Assembly (NCBI RefSeq): GCF_006345805.1
Contig: NC_042997.1
Coordinates: forward strand, 98,580,001-98,644,000
Reading direction: 5' to 3'
Length of the DNA: 64,000 nt
Origin: Octopus sinensis
Taxonomy: Eukaryota
This document shows, piece by piece, positions 10,561 to 22,263 of this stretch. The first letter of the stretch is position 1. Each line of letters begins with the position of its first letter. Both the position numbers and the translations under genes were made by a program. The notes beneath the pieces are model-generated. The model worked only from the letters and a program-made list of their open reading frames with translations. It ran no database searches and was not told where the DNA came from.

Positions 10561-12435
10561 CATCATACGATTATTAAAAATGTGTAATAAGAAAATTATA
10601 TACGATTCATAGGTGTACTACGAATAATATACATGAGTCTGAATGACAAATCACATACATCTTATATAACAAGAAAATTTCAACTATCGTGTTTTATTAG
10701 TATAACATATCCCGTAGAGATTGTAACATGAGGATGAAATCTTATGAAGACTTAACTCTCTAGTATGTAGCATCAGATGCCAACTTGAAAAATATTCAAT
10801 AATTACATGACTCTGTTCCACACGCCTCAATCTAATAAGTATGATTGTGAATATTTATAGTTAATGGTGAGTTGTAAATCTCCCACTGAAGACGCGAAGA
10901 GTTGAGATTCAAGACTTCAAAAATTTACTTTACGTTCTTTTTTAATACCTTACTGTCTTTATTGTAATTATTTTTTGTGCTGCTTCTTTTAGCAATGATT
11001 TTATATGCTATTCAGATGCTTTTGATTTCAAATCATTTCTAGTTAGTTTTATGAAGATATTTGTCCTTCTTACTGGCCTGAATTGTTCAAGCCAATACAC
11101 ATTAATGTTACGCTATCATATTTTTCATCGTCCATAAACAGGTGACATTCTAGTAGTAAATGCATAATTTAATATTTTTGATTTTCCATTTCATAAACGG
11201 TCATTCGTTAGTCATGTATACTGTGCTACACTCTGTTTTTATCTTTTTTTTTGTAGCAGTCACTCTTAGATACGTAACTGGATATAATTTATCTTGGGGC
11301 AAGTAATCCAGGCAAGTCTGTCTCTCTCGAAGGTATAATTAAAAGAAAATCTGAACTAATATCAGTCAATTGATCTGAGCCCTTGATGTTGTTTACAGTG
11401 CTCAGATGTTGTTTACTATTTCTACAGCTATAGCACCTTCTTTGAGATTTATTGATTGAGTGGTTTAACAGTAGCCCATGCATCCTACTATAGAAATCAA
11501 TATTTGACACATGAAAAATTACCGGCAAATTAATCTGTTGATATCGTTTGCACCTGGTTGTAGGTTATATAAGTCAATCCCATAAAAAAAACTCTCTTCT
11601 TTACTAGCTACATCCAAAGAAAGAACCGAACTGAGCGCTGCAAGGTAAAAAGAAATACACCAGTAGGTGCATTGTAAATCTTATTGCTAGTTGCAGTAAT
11701 ACGTATAGTAAATTGATGCATCAAGAAGAAGTAAAATAAAAAATGTTTGCTCAGAGCATAGAACAGTATCGTTCATGGAGAATAAATAAACACTCTTGTA
11801 AGTAATTATATTACTAGAGTCGTATTACCGTGTAATCTGTGATAGTCAAAACACAGAATCAAATATAAATGCTCGAACTTTCTCCTTGACTGAAACGTAG
11901 ATATAATTACGACGCAATGATATTTTCTTTGAATATAAAGAAATAAGAAGAGAACATAAATATCAAATCAGATACTCCGAAGAAGAAACTGGCATTGTCC
12001 ACGATAGCGTGTTTCAAAGTTAGCAACTAACGACGCAAATAATGCATACCAAACAAGGTATGCAATTAAAATAGATCACTTAAATGTTAAACTATTGAAG
12101 CAGAATATCATGAATGGTGCAAATAGTTCTTTATATCTATGTATACTCCTCTTCCATTCTCTAATTCTGTGTCTTTCTTCACTCTATATTTTCTTTATTC
12201 GTTTTATCTCGTCACACTTTTCTGTCTCTCACACTTTTCTGTCTCTCTCTCTCCCTCCTCTCTCTTTATCTCTTTTCTCACTATCCCTCACTCTCTTTCT
12301 CTCTCTCTCTCTCTGATATCAACACTGGATTACTCGATGCTACTATAAATGAAATTTAGCTTGTATTCAGACATGCAAACAAATATAAACATACACACAC
12401 ATATGCACACTTACATGCTAGCACACATACACATA

Positions 12436-12843
12436 TCTCTCTATATATAAACGGCAGTTTGTCTGTCTGTGTGTCTGTGTGGCTGTCAGGTTGTACCCTC
12501 ACCCTGACCACGGCTTTAAACCGATTCTGATGAAACTTGACACACACATAGCCCAATGTCATAATTGAAAACTAACGCAGCGAAAATTTTGAAAAGTTCC
12601 CCCAGTTCTGAAAAAAATTGATAAATTCGACATGGGGTCGAGAATCTAAGCTTTTTATATGCAACACATTTTCTGTCGGGAGACAGCTAGGAACATCGTA
12701 TACATAGAATTATTCGAGTGAAGAGAAGACATTGCAACCTACACATGCGCCTTCGTTTCCTAGAGGGAAAGAACTAGATTGGGATTAGTCGTTGCCTACT
12801 AGGGGCTCTTACATACCCGGGCAACGCCGGGCTATGCTGCTAG
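12436..12843 (+). mobile_element. Non-autonomous Helitron
   Basis: Inserted between A12435 and T12844. 5' TC followed by TCTCTATATATAAACGGCAGTTTGTCTGTC. 3' hairpin CCCGG-GCAACG-CCGGG (12816-12831), then CTAG (12840-12843). Confidence 0.88.
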
Positions 12844-13954
12844 TGTACTCTAAAATAGATGCACATTCGTACGCGCACACTCATACGCGCACACACGCAA
12901 ATGCACACATATAGACATATGCATGGCTATATGGTTGCGCGGTTCAGATGTGTTATTCAGATTGGGATGATTCCGGTTTCAATTCAAGTGCGCGTCATTT
13001 TGACGACTACATTAACGGGAGAGTTCAGTAACCGGAAATTGCAAAAGCCCAATTACCCACACTCATATGTAGGTGCGTCTTCCTGTTTATGCTATGTCTC
13101 TTTATGTATAATAAAACAACGTTACGTCAATCAGATTTCTATAAATTACATAGGAACATGAAATATGGACGGGACTCGAGAGCATCGACTTAAACGTTTG
13201 AAGACAATGCCTCGTAGACCCAGTCAAGTGACTGATAGAGATAATGGTATAACCAGTAACGGCTTGTGTTTAGGCCCCGCGGAATTGCAGCACCCGCTAA
13301 TCCCACTCGATATTATCGATAACATTAAATATAATGAGTCCTTTTTCCTTTAATTATTTCTTTATATTTATACATTATACAATTCTTAAGCTTAATGTCA
13401 GTAGCCATCCCCTAGTTTATAAAAAAATGCAAAAATCTTTGTATACAACTGTGCGCTTCACAATTCCAGCGACGCGGTGTTTGGCTGTAGTGCGCCTGCT
13501 CACGTGTCCGAGATAGGAAGCTTCACGCTAGGGGGAGAGAGTACTGGCTTTCACACAGTGTCGATCCCGGTATGCTGGTGAAAGGCAATGTTTCTTTCTG
13601 ACTCCGCGTGTGTTGTGCTTAAAACGTGTTTATATTCTTGAATGTGATGAAGTGTAGGATTAGATTCATATCCTGCTTCCAGCTTTAGTGTTGCTGCCAG
13701 GATTTGTAAAATACGGTACATTTCCCCACAGCCTTATTTCGTAATTTCGGGCGGATTTTTGAAAAACAAGAGGCAATTCACAACTGTGTTCAGCGAACAA
13801 ATTAAACACGCTACCCGGCAGTGGCTAAAACGCGAACCGATCTAGCTTACATATAAATTTTGTTATGTTTGTTTCCTTTTACACAATATTAATACAACGG
13901 CTAAAAAGACATCACATACACACACACACATACATACATTAAGTCACCATGCTT

Positions 13955-14125
13955 GATCGCTAAGTTCCTAAGTTTTTTTTTATTCTCTGTTTATTTTTAT
14001 TTTTCCTTTCTGTTGAAGAGCGTAGGCTCGAAATGTAAAAGATTTTCCCACTTTTCCGAGCTAATATGCCTGCTTGTTGTTCACACACCTTGTTTTTCTA
14101 TAAATTTCAACTATATATATATAAA
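13955..14125 (+). mobile_element. Penelope pLTR-like repeat, family 2, with variant hammerhead motif at 14006-14041
   Basis: CTTT-CTGTTGA-A-GAGC-GTAG-GCTC-GAAA-TGT-A-AAAG. Flanks are homologous to 36205-36397. Confidence 0.7.
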
Positions 14126-14539
14126 ATTCTCAGAATGGTCTGTCAGTCTATTATCGCCGGTACCAAATTTCGTTTGATGGTTGAAAATTACTTTCAGCTT
14201 ACCACTAGCGACTGCATTTAACTATTAAGTTTCCATGCAGTATGAACACTAGAAATTTCCTCTTGTTCTTCGGTTATGACACACTTCTGTATTCGTTCAC
14301 TAATACCTACATACCTTTTTAATACCAGAAGACCTGCAGTAAATGTGAAACCCTGTTTCGCACAAGAGATCTGATACGACTGAGGTATGTGCGATGTGTT
14401 ACAGTACTGTTAACGCAGACTCACATTCTACTGTTTCCACATCTAGACAATTTTAACAAATTAAAATTTCTATGTTTAATACATCTGAAATGCTAACACT
14501 CAACTCATTTAGCATACATAACATGGATACATGGATTAA

Positions 14540-14660
14540 GCAGCTATGTACAGATATTGCTCTGTGGTTAAGAAGCTAGCTTGTGATTACGTGCTTTCAG
14601 GTTCAGTCCCAGTGCAGGATACCTTGGGCTAGTGGCCTGTAACAGAATTTGGTAGACAAT
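14540..14660 (+). mobile_element. Degenerate SINE family B head fragment
   Basis: GCTCTGTGGTTAAGAAGCTAGC...CAGGTTCAGTCCCAGTGC...ACCTTGGGC...ATTTGGTAGAC resembles the head of the 31900-32290 copy. Confidence 0.6.
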
Positions 14661-15927
14661 ATAATATATATACAATTCGAAGACTACAGATGCAATCCAT
14701 CACTAAAACTTTAAAAATCTTTTAAACTTTCCAATTTTCTGGCAGAGTGACTTGCTTCGTGGTGCTGTTTTTCTCACGGTGCCCAACTGACCTACAATAC
14801 TGTGTAGTCGAGAAAAGGAAACGCAAATGATGCGCATGCACAAAATTAAAAATATAATATGGCGAAAATATACCCATCGCACCCTGAATATATGTATGCG
14901 TGTATGTTGTGTGCTGTGTGTGTATGTGTGTGTCTGTCTGCCTGTGTCTGTGTGCGTGTGTAAATGTACGTGTCTTTGTCACTGTTTCTTTCCCACCACC
15001 ACATCACAATCGTTATTGATGTGTTTGCATACCTGTATCTAAACGGTTTGGCAAAAGACATCGAAAGAAGAATAAGAGGATTTCAAATTTATATTGGGAT
15101 CGATTCATTTTGCTAAAATACTTCAAAGTGATACCCCAGCATGGCCGCAGTCTGAAACAGGTGAAAGATAAAAGATAAACGATATAATATAAAATATTAT
15201 AATATTGTGTGAGCCTCTGTGTGTATGTGTGTGTGTGTGAGGGAGAGCATGCATGCCTACAAATATTTCTGGGCGATTTGGAATTTGTGCGTGCTTATGT
15301 TGCTGCGCATTAGCATGTGACATTTCTCTTTGGTTCATCTGCATTCTTTAACTTTGAAGCCATCGAAAGTATGCCATTGTGAACATCTGAAGCGTAAGAG
15401 TTTTCTGTACTCAAACGTGTATTTTATATGTACACATATAGGCACATACACATACCACCTAACATACACATCGTGAATGCTATACATGTTCCAGACTGCA
15501 ATATTTTACTACTCTGACAATAAAGTTAGGTGTGTGATTGATCATCAGTAGGTACCAAGTAATTCTGATCGCGTGTTTCAGCTGCGTTTTCTAAATATCT
15601 ATTTGCTTCCTTAACAGTCGGTTAATGTCTATTAAACAGAGCACAAACACGAATATTTTTATTTCTTTTCTTCTTCGTGTTCTTCATCATCATCTTCAAC
15701 TTCTTCTGACATACTGTATTAAAATCAATATGTAAGATATTATATGCTGCACCTAAGTTATAGAAGCCGGACAATTACATTAAATAAGATAACTTTCGAA
15801 AAGATACTAACTACATTCTGACTCTGTCAAGCTTTGAATGAAAAAGCGAGTGAGGAAATAAACGAAATAGAAGGAATTTGAAAGACTGGTATGAAAGTTG
15901 AGTGAAGAAACGAGGTGGTATATAATT

Positions 15928-17417
15928 GGAGTGTAGGACAAAAGCTCCCTAGGACAAAGCCTCCTAGGACAAAGCCTCCTAGGACAAAATCCCCACGGAC
16001 AAAAGCGCTTCAGCCGCATAGTTAAAATGTGAAAGTGGACTTACATTTTACTTCTTTCAGTCATTAAACCGAGGCCATGCTGGGGCACCGCCTTGAAGAA
16101 TTTTTAATCAAATGTAACGACCCCAGAATGTATTAAAATGATTACAACTAGAGCGTGAAAGCTAAGCATAGAAGGTCAGTCCACATGCTAGAAACAACAG
16201 CCAAATCTCATGGAATTTTTTTATAACCCACCTCGGCTTTTTTATTTTCTAAAAATCTTTTTACTTGATTCAGTCATTGGACTGTGGCCATGCTGGTGTA
16301 GCAGCTTGAAAAACTTTTTGGTCGCAGAAAAATCAGCATTTTAAAATATATTTAAAATCGTTTGTTTTCTTCTCTTAGCATTTACAGATTAATGAGAATA
16401 AGTTGACCTTTTGAATTTTCTCCTGTCGTTGTAGATCTAGTCATTCAATCGTACTTCTTATCGGTTTTATGTTTCCACACATTTCTTGAGGTAAATGCTT
16501 TCTCTTTTGTTAGAATTCAAACAATATGTACATTGAGTAGTAAAGGGTCTTGTTTTCTGTTATTCTATTATTGATGTTAAGGTTGTTTTATTTTCATTTT
16601 CAAAATGTAAAATTATTCTAAAAACGAGTAAAATAATTGAAACACACTGTGAGGGACATAGATGTTTTGACAACGTTTTTCGATTGATTATATTTTGATT
16701 ATTTAAAAATTGGAATTTCTGTTTTTGTTTACGTGAAATTATAAAATAAAAAAGAAATTGTAAGATTTGGCTGTTATTTCTAGCATGTGGACTGACCTTC
16801 TAGGCTTAACTTCATGTACTGGTTAAAAATCACCTAAAAAACGATTCTGGGTCGATATATTCGACTAAAAATTCTTCAAGGCGGTGCCCCAGCATGGCCG
16901 CAGTCCAGTGACTGAAACAAGTAGAAAGACTTTTAGAAAATAGAAAAAAACGAATAACCAAAAATATAACCGAGGTGGGTTGTAAAAAAATTTCAAGTGA
17001 TTTGGCTGTTATTTCTAGCATGTCGAGAGACCTTCTAGGCTTAACTTCATGCGCTGGTTGAAAATAACGTAAGAAAGTTCTTGGGTCGATACAATCAACT
17101 AAAACTTCCTCAAAATGGTGCCCCAGCATAGCTGCAAACTAATGACTGCAACAAGTAAAAACAAAAACAAAAATTAATCATATTACAGAAGTGGTCTTGA
17201 TCAAGCTTAAAAAGAAAATTCTGTGTTCCTTACAGTCATCTAAAAATCCTTCAAGGCGGTGACACAGCATGGCCGGCCGCAGACTAATAACTGCAACAAA
17301 AGTGACAAAAAAAAAAATTGGGAGTCGATACATTCAACTAAAAATTCTAAAAACGAAAAAATAACCGAAAAATATAACCGTGGGGCTTTTGTCCTAGGAT
17401 GCTTTTGTCCGGATTCC
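15928..17417. mobile_element. Foldback/MULE-like non-autonomous element with GGACAAA subterminal repeats and SINE-tail-derived inverted arms
   Basis: Left end GGAGTGTAGGACAAAAGC...; right end reverse complement GGAATCCGGACAAAAGC.... Five GGACAAA repeats on the left, two on the right. Flanks ATATAATT (15920-15927) and ATATAAAT (17418-17425). Confidence 0.65.
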
Positions 17418-17429
17418 ATATAAATGATA

Positions 17430-17660
17430 TCATGGGGCAGCTGAAAATTTCATGACTTTGGGTAAAAAAAATACAGGAGGATCAGTTGATTGAAATTTTA
17501 TTCAACATATTCTCCTCTCATATTGACAAACTTATTACTGCGGTCCTCCAGTTTTTCTAAGCCCTGTAAAAGAACTCGGAAGTATGGGCTTCCAACTAGA
17601 TCTTTCGCGACACCCTTAAAGCTAGGAACTTTTCAGCATCCATTCCCTGTATAACTAACA
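17430..17660 (-). mobile_element. mariner 3' end fragment
   Basis: Minus strand gives a mariner C-terminus-like peptide ending EKLEDRSNKFVNMRGEYVE-stop, next to a TIR-like CATGGGGCAGCTGAAAATTTCATG. Confidence 0.65.
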
Positions 17661-17756
17661 TCAATGAGTGCTAAAAATAATCATTTGACTGAAAGACGAA
17701 TTATTACATTTACCAATAGTTTAAGATGCGATGAAATACATCAAAGCTTAGCGAAG

Positions 17757-17969
17757 TAATATTGATTTCAAATTTTGGCACAAGGCCAGCAATTTCGGGG
17801 CGGGAATAAGTCGATTATATCGACCCCAGTGTTCAACTGGCACGTATTTTATCGAAGCCGAAAGGATAAAAAGGCAAAGTCGACCTCGGCGGAATTTGAA
17901 CTTATAATGTGAAGACGGGCGAAATGCTTAGCATTTTGCCTGGCGTGTTAACGAATCTGCTAGCTCGCC
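17757..17969 (-). mobile_element. tRNA-derived SINE, family C, full length
   Basis: Head GGCGAGCTAGCAGATTCGTTAACACGCC, B-box AAGTTCAAATTCCGCCGAGGTCGAC. Related copies at 7.0, 19.4-20.0, 35.1 and 58.6 kb. Confidence 0.85.
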
Positions 17970-18057
17970 ACATTTTTGGGAATAAATATTGAGTAACATT
18001 GGTGTGCAGATGTTACAAACACCATACTGCAATATGCTATGTAATTTATCTTCTATA

Positions 18058-18140
18058 TTTTACTTGTTTCAGTTATTGAACTGCGACCATGCTGTTGCAC
18101 CGCCTTGAAGTGTTTGGTCGAACAAATCCACCACAGTACT
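18058..18140 (-). mobile_element. SINE family B 3' tail fragment
   Basis: TACTTGTTTCAGTTATTGAACTGCGACCATGCTGTTGCACCGCCTTGAAG matches the tail of 31900-31960. Confidence 0.7.
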
Positions 18141-19359
18141 TATTTATATTTTTAAGGTGTGTTAGTTACACTATCGCACCGGTTATCAAGCGGTTATGGG
18201 ACAAAGACGATAACACAAATACAGATATGTATGTATGCATGAGTGTGTGTGTTTGTGTGTGTGAGTATGTGTGTGTATGTGTGTGTGTAGGAGTGTCTAC
18301 TTGTGCTCCCTTTTCGTAGAAGTACACTTTCCAGCACATATTTCTTTTTAGATGTTCCGTTTCTTCCCAATGAGCTCTTTTAGATATATTTTCTTTAGAG
18401 GTATGGGAATATTTTTCATTGAATATAGCAGATGGTAATTCTCCATGCTGACATTCGAGTTTCGTGATAGAGTTCATTAAGGTGTAGGAGCGAAATATAA
18501 GAGGTTATACACACTTTCTGTCTGCCAAACTCGGTCAGGACACATTGTCACCAGGAGCTACAGTTTAAGGCATTTGCCTACGTTTTTGTACACTGGAGCT
18601 GAACCTGAAACCTCATGGTTCCAAAGCGAGTTTCTAAGTGTCACTTTTCAGCCTGCATATCTTCAGAATATGAATGTGCAAAATAATGAAGTGACTACAA
18701 ATAGAATCCGTGTATTTCCAAATAGTTTAAAAGAGTATAAAATATATCAAGGTCTGATGAAGTAATATGAAGAATAAATACGCTGTATTTATGATTGTGA
18801 GCTGAAGATACAAATGTCAAACTACAATAGAATATATAGTATGATAACGAAATGAAAACTGTTCTTTCTTTTTTTTTGTAATGTTTTTGGCCTTTAACTT
18901 CGAAATCAAAATTTATTGTTTGCTTTTCTATTCAAAAAGCGTAAAAAAGTAAAAAGAAATAACTTGAATGTTATTTACGACGAAAATGTTACAAAGGTGA
19001 AAAGATATGTCATCTTTTCTCCTGTTAAGCAATGATGTCAGTCGAAATCACCAGAATAGCATCAATAAAACATCTATGTGAACATTAACAGGAACAATAG
19101 CAGCAAATTATATGATAAGAATGCAACATAACAAGGGATATTGCTAAATTATATTGGGATGTAACTATAGTAACAAATTACATAAGAGCAATATAATATC
19201 CCAAGAGAAATCGCTAAAATATATATTGTGATGTTCATTTTCGGAAACCTTTTTGGGTCAGGAAGATAAAACGTGGATAGCATCTTTAGGGAGCATACAA
19301 GATAAAAGAAAATAAAGGGATAATAATAACTCGGAAATGTTTATTATTTTTTTTTTACG

Positions 19360-20040
19360 TGTAGTTGGTTGGCAGAATCATTAGTGCATCACACAAAATA
19401 CCTTACGCGGTGGTGTTACTACTACATTCTATACTGAAATCATTCAACTTTGCTTTTGATCTTTTAGGGTCCATAAGATAAAGTCCTTTCGAAGTAATGG
19501 TGTCGATTTATTCGGCTAACCCACCCTCTCCAAGACTACTAGCGTTGTGCCTAAATTACATCGCATTACAGAAATAAACAGGCAGAATCGTTAAAGCCCC
19601 CACTAAAATGATGTATGATTTTTTAAGTGCTGAGTTCAAATCCCACCAAAATCTACTTTGTCCTCCTTTCAGTGTCGACAAAATAATGTACAAACAAAGT
19701 ACTAGGATAGCTCTATCAACTAAACTTTCATGTTAATATTGAAATTCCTGGGACAGGAATTTCAATATTAACATGAAAGTTTAGTTGATAGAGCTATCCT
19801 AGTAAGGAGGAGCAGTTATAATGGAAGCTGATCTAGCAGAATCGTTGCAGCGTCAAAAAACAAACATTGTAATATTTCCACCGGCTCTTTATGATCCGAG
19901 TTCAAATCCCTCCGGGATAAACTCTGCTCTTCAACCTTTTGAGATCGGGAAAAATAGTACCCGTCAAGGACTTGGGTTGATGGAGTTGACTAACCTCATC
20001 CCATCAAAATTGTTGACCTTTTGCCTAAATTGAAATCTAT
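19360..20040 (+). mobile_element. Three tandem degenerate family C SINE copies
   Basis: Three heads (GGCAGAATCATTAG at about 19371, GGCAGAATCGTTA at about 19580, AGCAGAATCGTTG at about 19834). The second and third have GAGTTCAAATCCC B-boxes. Confidence 0.7.
19700..19804. repeat. Perfect palindrome, 51-bp arms with GGA spacer
   Basis: 19700-19750 is the exact reverse complement of 19754-19804. Confidence 0.95.
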
Positions 20041-20599
20041 CATCATCGTTATCATTACCATCATTATCACCATCTTCCTATTCCTCGTCTTCCTTCTCTT
20101 TATACTCCTCCTTATCTTCGTCTTCCTTCTTCACTCTATACTCCTCCTCCTCCAATCCTCATTTGTTTTCGACTATTTTGTACGAGCTTCTACTGTGCCA
20201 CCTTCATTACTGTGATTTTGTTATTCAGCTTTGTTTTGTATGGTTAGCAGGAACCTGAGCGTCGCTGTCATTTCTATTTCGAAATAATTTTCTATAAAAC
20301 CTTTTGGATGTATGTTTCAAGTTCCTGGAGCAAAAATGACAAAATCACTCCTGTTATCTTCCTTTCAGTGCAAGTCTTTACATGCGACCATGCAAAGATA
20401 TGTCTATTTTGCGTATTTGCATTGTCTTGCTGTTAGCTGTTGTTGTTATATTAAAGGGAGTCCACATATCGCTGGCTTTTTGCATTGTTACCTACTTCTA
20501 CAGAGGGGCTTTGTTTATGTATGTATTTTCATTTTTAGCATCCCAAGGAGTCTATCGTCATGGAATTTGTTTCTCTGTTCAACCCCAAAATTCTGATTA

Positions 20600-22250
20600 C
20601 CCTGGTTAACACACTTTTTGCTGACTTTGGTTTTGTGGTTGTTTCTTGTTAATTTTGAAATGCTGATTTCCAATATGGCATCCCTTTTGTTTTCTCACAC
20701 ATCAGGTTTTCATTCTATAACACATCCCTATTTTATGGTGTACTGTATAAAGATTTACTTGGTCAGGATAGCTTACTAAGTTTTATAGCTTCAAACCATA
20801 AGTTACAATGTCAATAGAATATGAAATGATAAATAATAATTAAGATAGTATCACCTTTTACTAAATACATATTGTTAATTCTCTAATATGATGGATAAAA
20901 TACAAACCATTATACACATACCTTCATATTCACACAACAAATTTCCGCTTGAGAGAGCGTCTGGAATGCTTCATGTTAACACAGTATCTTTGAATACTCC
21001 AACAGTAGTCTGCTATTATGTATGTGTTCCATCACATGTTCAACGCTCACATTTCTGAGATTAGCAGGAAATTCATCGAGATGGCTATTAATGAAATCAG
21101 ATTTTATGCTCATGTTGCAGCCTACAAAATGAAAGCTATCAAGGAATGTCTCCACCAAATCCTTATAGTTTGCAGCCTTTTCACTCCCCCAAAATCTTTT
21201 CACAACAGCCACAAGAGATACTCATGCTTTTTTTCTTCGTCAGTCATCGCGATCGAGAAATTCTGGAATTTCATTAAATTTCTGATTTATGGCTCATCAA
21301 ACACACCAGTCTTTATTCTAGACCAGGAAATACACATATAAATTTGAAACAGTTACCATTCACATTAAGAGTTTTGACAAATTGCTTCATTAGTGGTAAT
21401 TTAATATCATGCGGTGCGAAGATGATTGAGTGGGTGGTGTATGATATTCTTACGTCCAAAATTCAATTTTTTCCTAACTGGCCAGAGTTTCTGTTCCTAA
21501 CGTTTGTCTCTTGCTCAGCTATTCCATAAACACAGGAAACACGGATATTTTAAATACCCTCCTTGTTGGCCAAATAAAAAGTTGACCATTATTAGATCCG
21601 CACGTATGACCCACTTGTGTTCACCCTGCTTGAGTAAATCTAACTTTTATATGATTATAATTCTCTTCTAAGTGCAGGGAGTGACCCATACAGAACACAC
21701 CAAACACGTTTCCATTATGGAGTAACACACATTTTAAATTCTTTGAACTCTCTATAAAGATTCTCCATTCACTGTGATCATGCTGTTCAATAACCATCGC
21801 GTTTAACAGTGAACACAATCTTTTCCAGTTGTAAAGAATGCCAAGAGATTTTTTCACTTTTCCTATGAAAAGAAAGAAAATAATAAAGAACATATTTATA
21901 TATCTACGTTTGTCTACATAGGTGTATATACTGGGCCGACAGAGTGTTATAACCACACTCACTGAAGGCTCAGGCTCAACTATTGTTGAGACTCTTAATG
22001 CTAACATAACCCACGTAAAACGCATCGAGAATTTTCTGAAACATGGAGCTACGGATGGGACCAATATGGGCCAGCCCATAGGAAAACACTTGACGTAATA
22101 GAAAAAAGAAAGCTATTGCCATTTTTATATTCCGTGACTCCAAATTTCCTCAAAACAAGTCTCAAATTTAGGTCAGCAGAAAGAAAGGTAGAATTTGTTT
22201 GCCAGTGTTTTCTTTATTTCCAGAGTTTCTTTTGGATTTTGTCATAAAGT
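20600..22250 (-). mobile_element. Chapaev3-like (CMC superfamily) DNA transposon remnant
   Basis: Minus-strand peptides HKWVIRADLIMVNFLFGQQGGYLKYPCFLCLWNS, KLPLMKQFVKTL and FWGSEKAANYKDLVETFLDSFHFVGCNMSIKSDFINSHLDEFPANL match my recollection of the Chapaev3 transposase. 3' terminus-like CCCTGGTTAACAC at about 20600. Confidence 0.75.
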
Positions 22251-22263
22251 GGTAGTCTGCCAC

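Noticed and set aside
10309-10612. CRISPR-like appearance of the duplicated unit, and its ORFs
   Set aside because: Only two copies, no spacers, eukaryotic context. Explained as a tandem duplication.
11200-11640. Several possible micro-exons and ORF 11289-11528
   Set aside because: Splice signals exist on both strands, but phases do not chain and no protein similarity is recognisable.
15935-16010. Short GGACAAA array as a CRISPR or iteron-like array
   Set aside because: Near-identical 15-16 bp units with no unique spacers. They are subterminal repeats of the foldback-like element.
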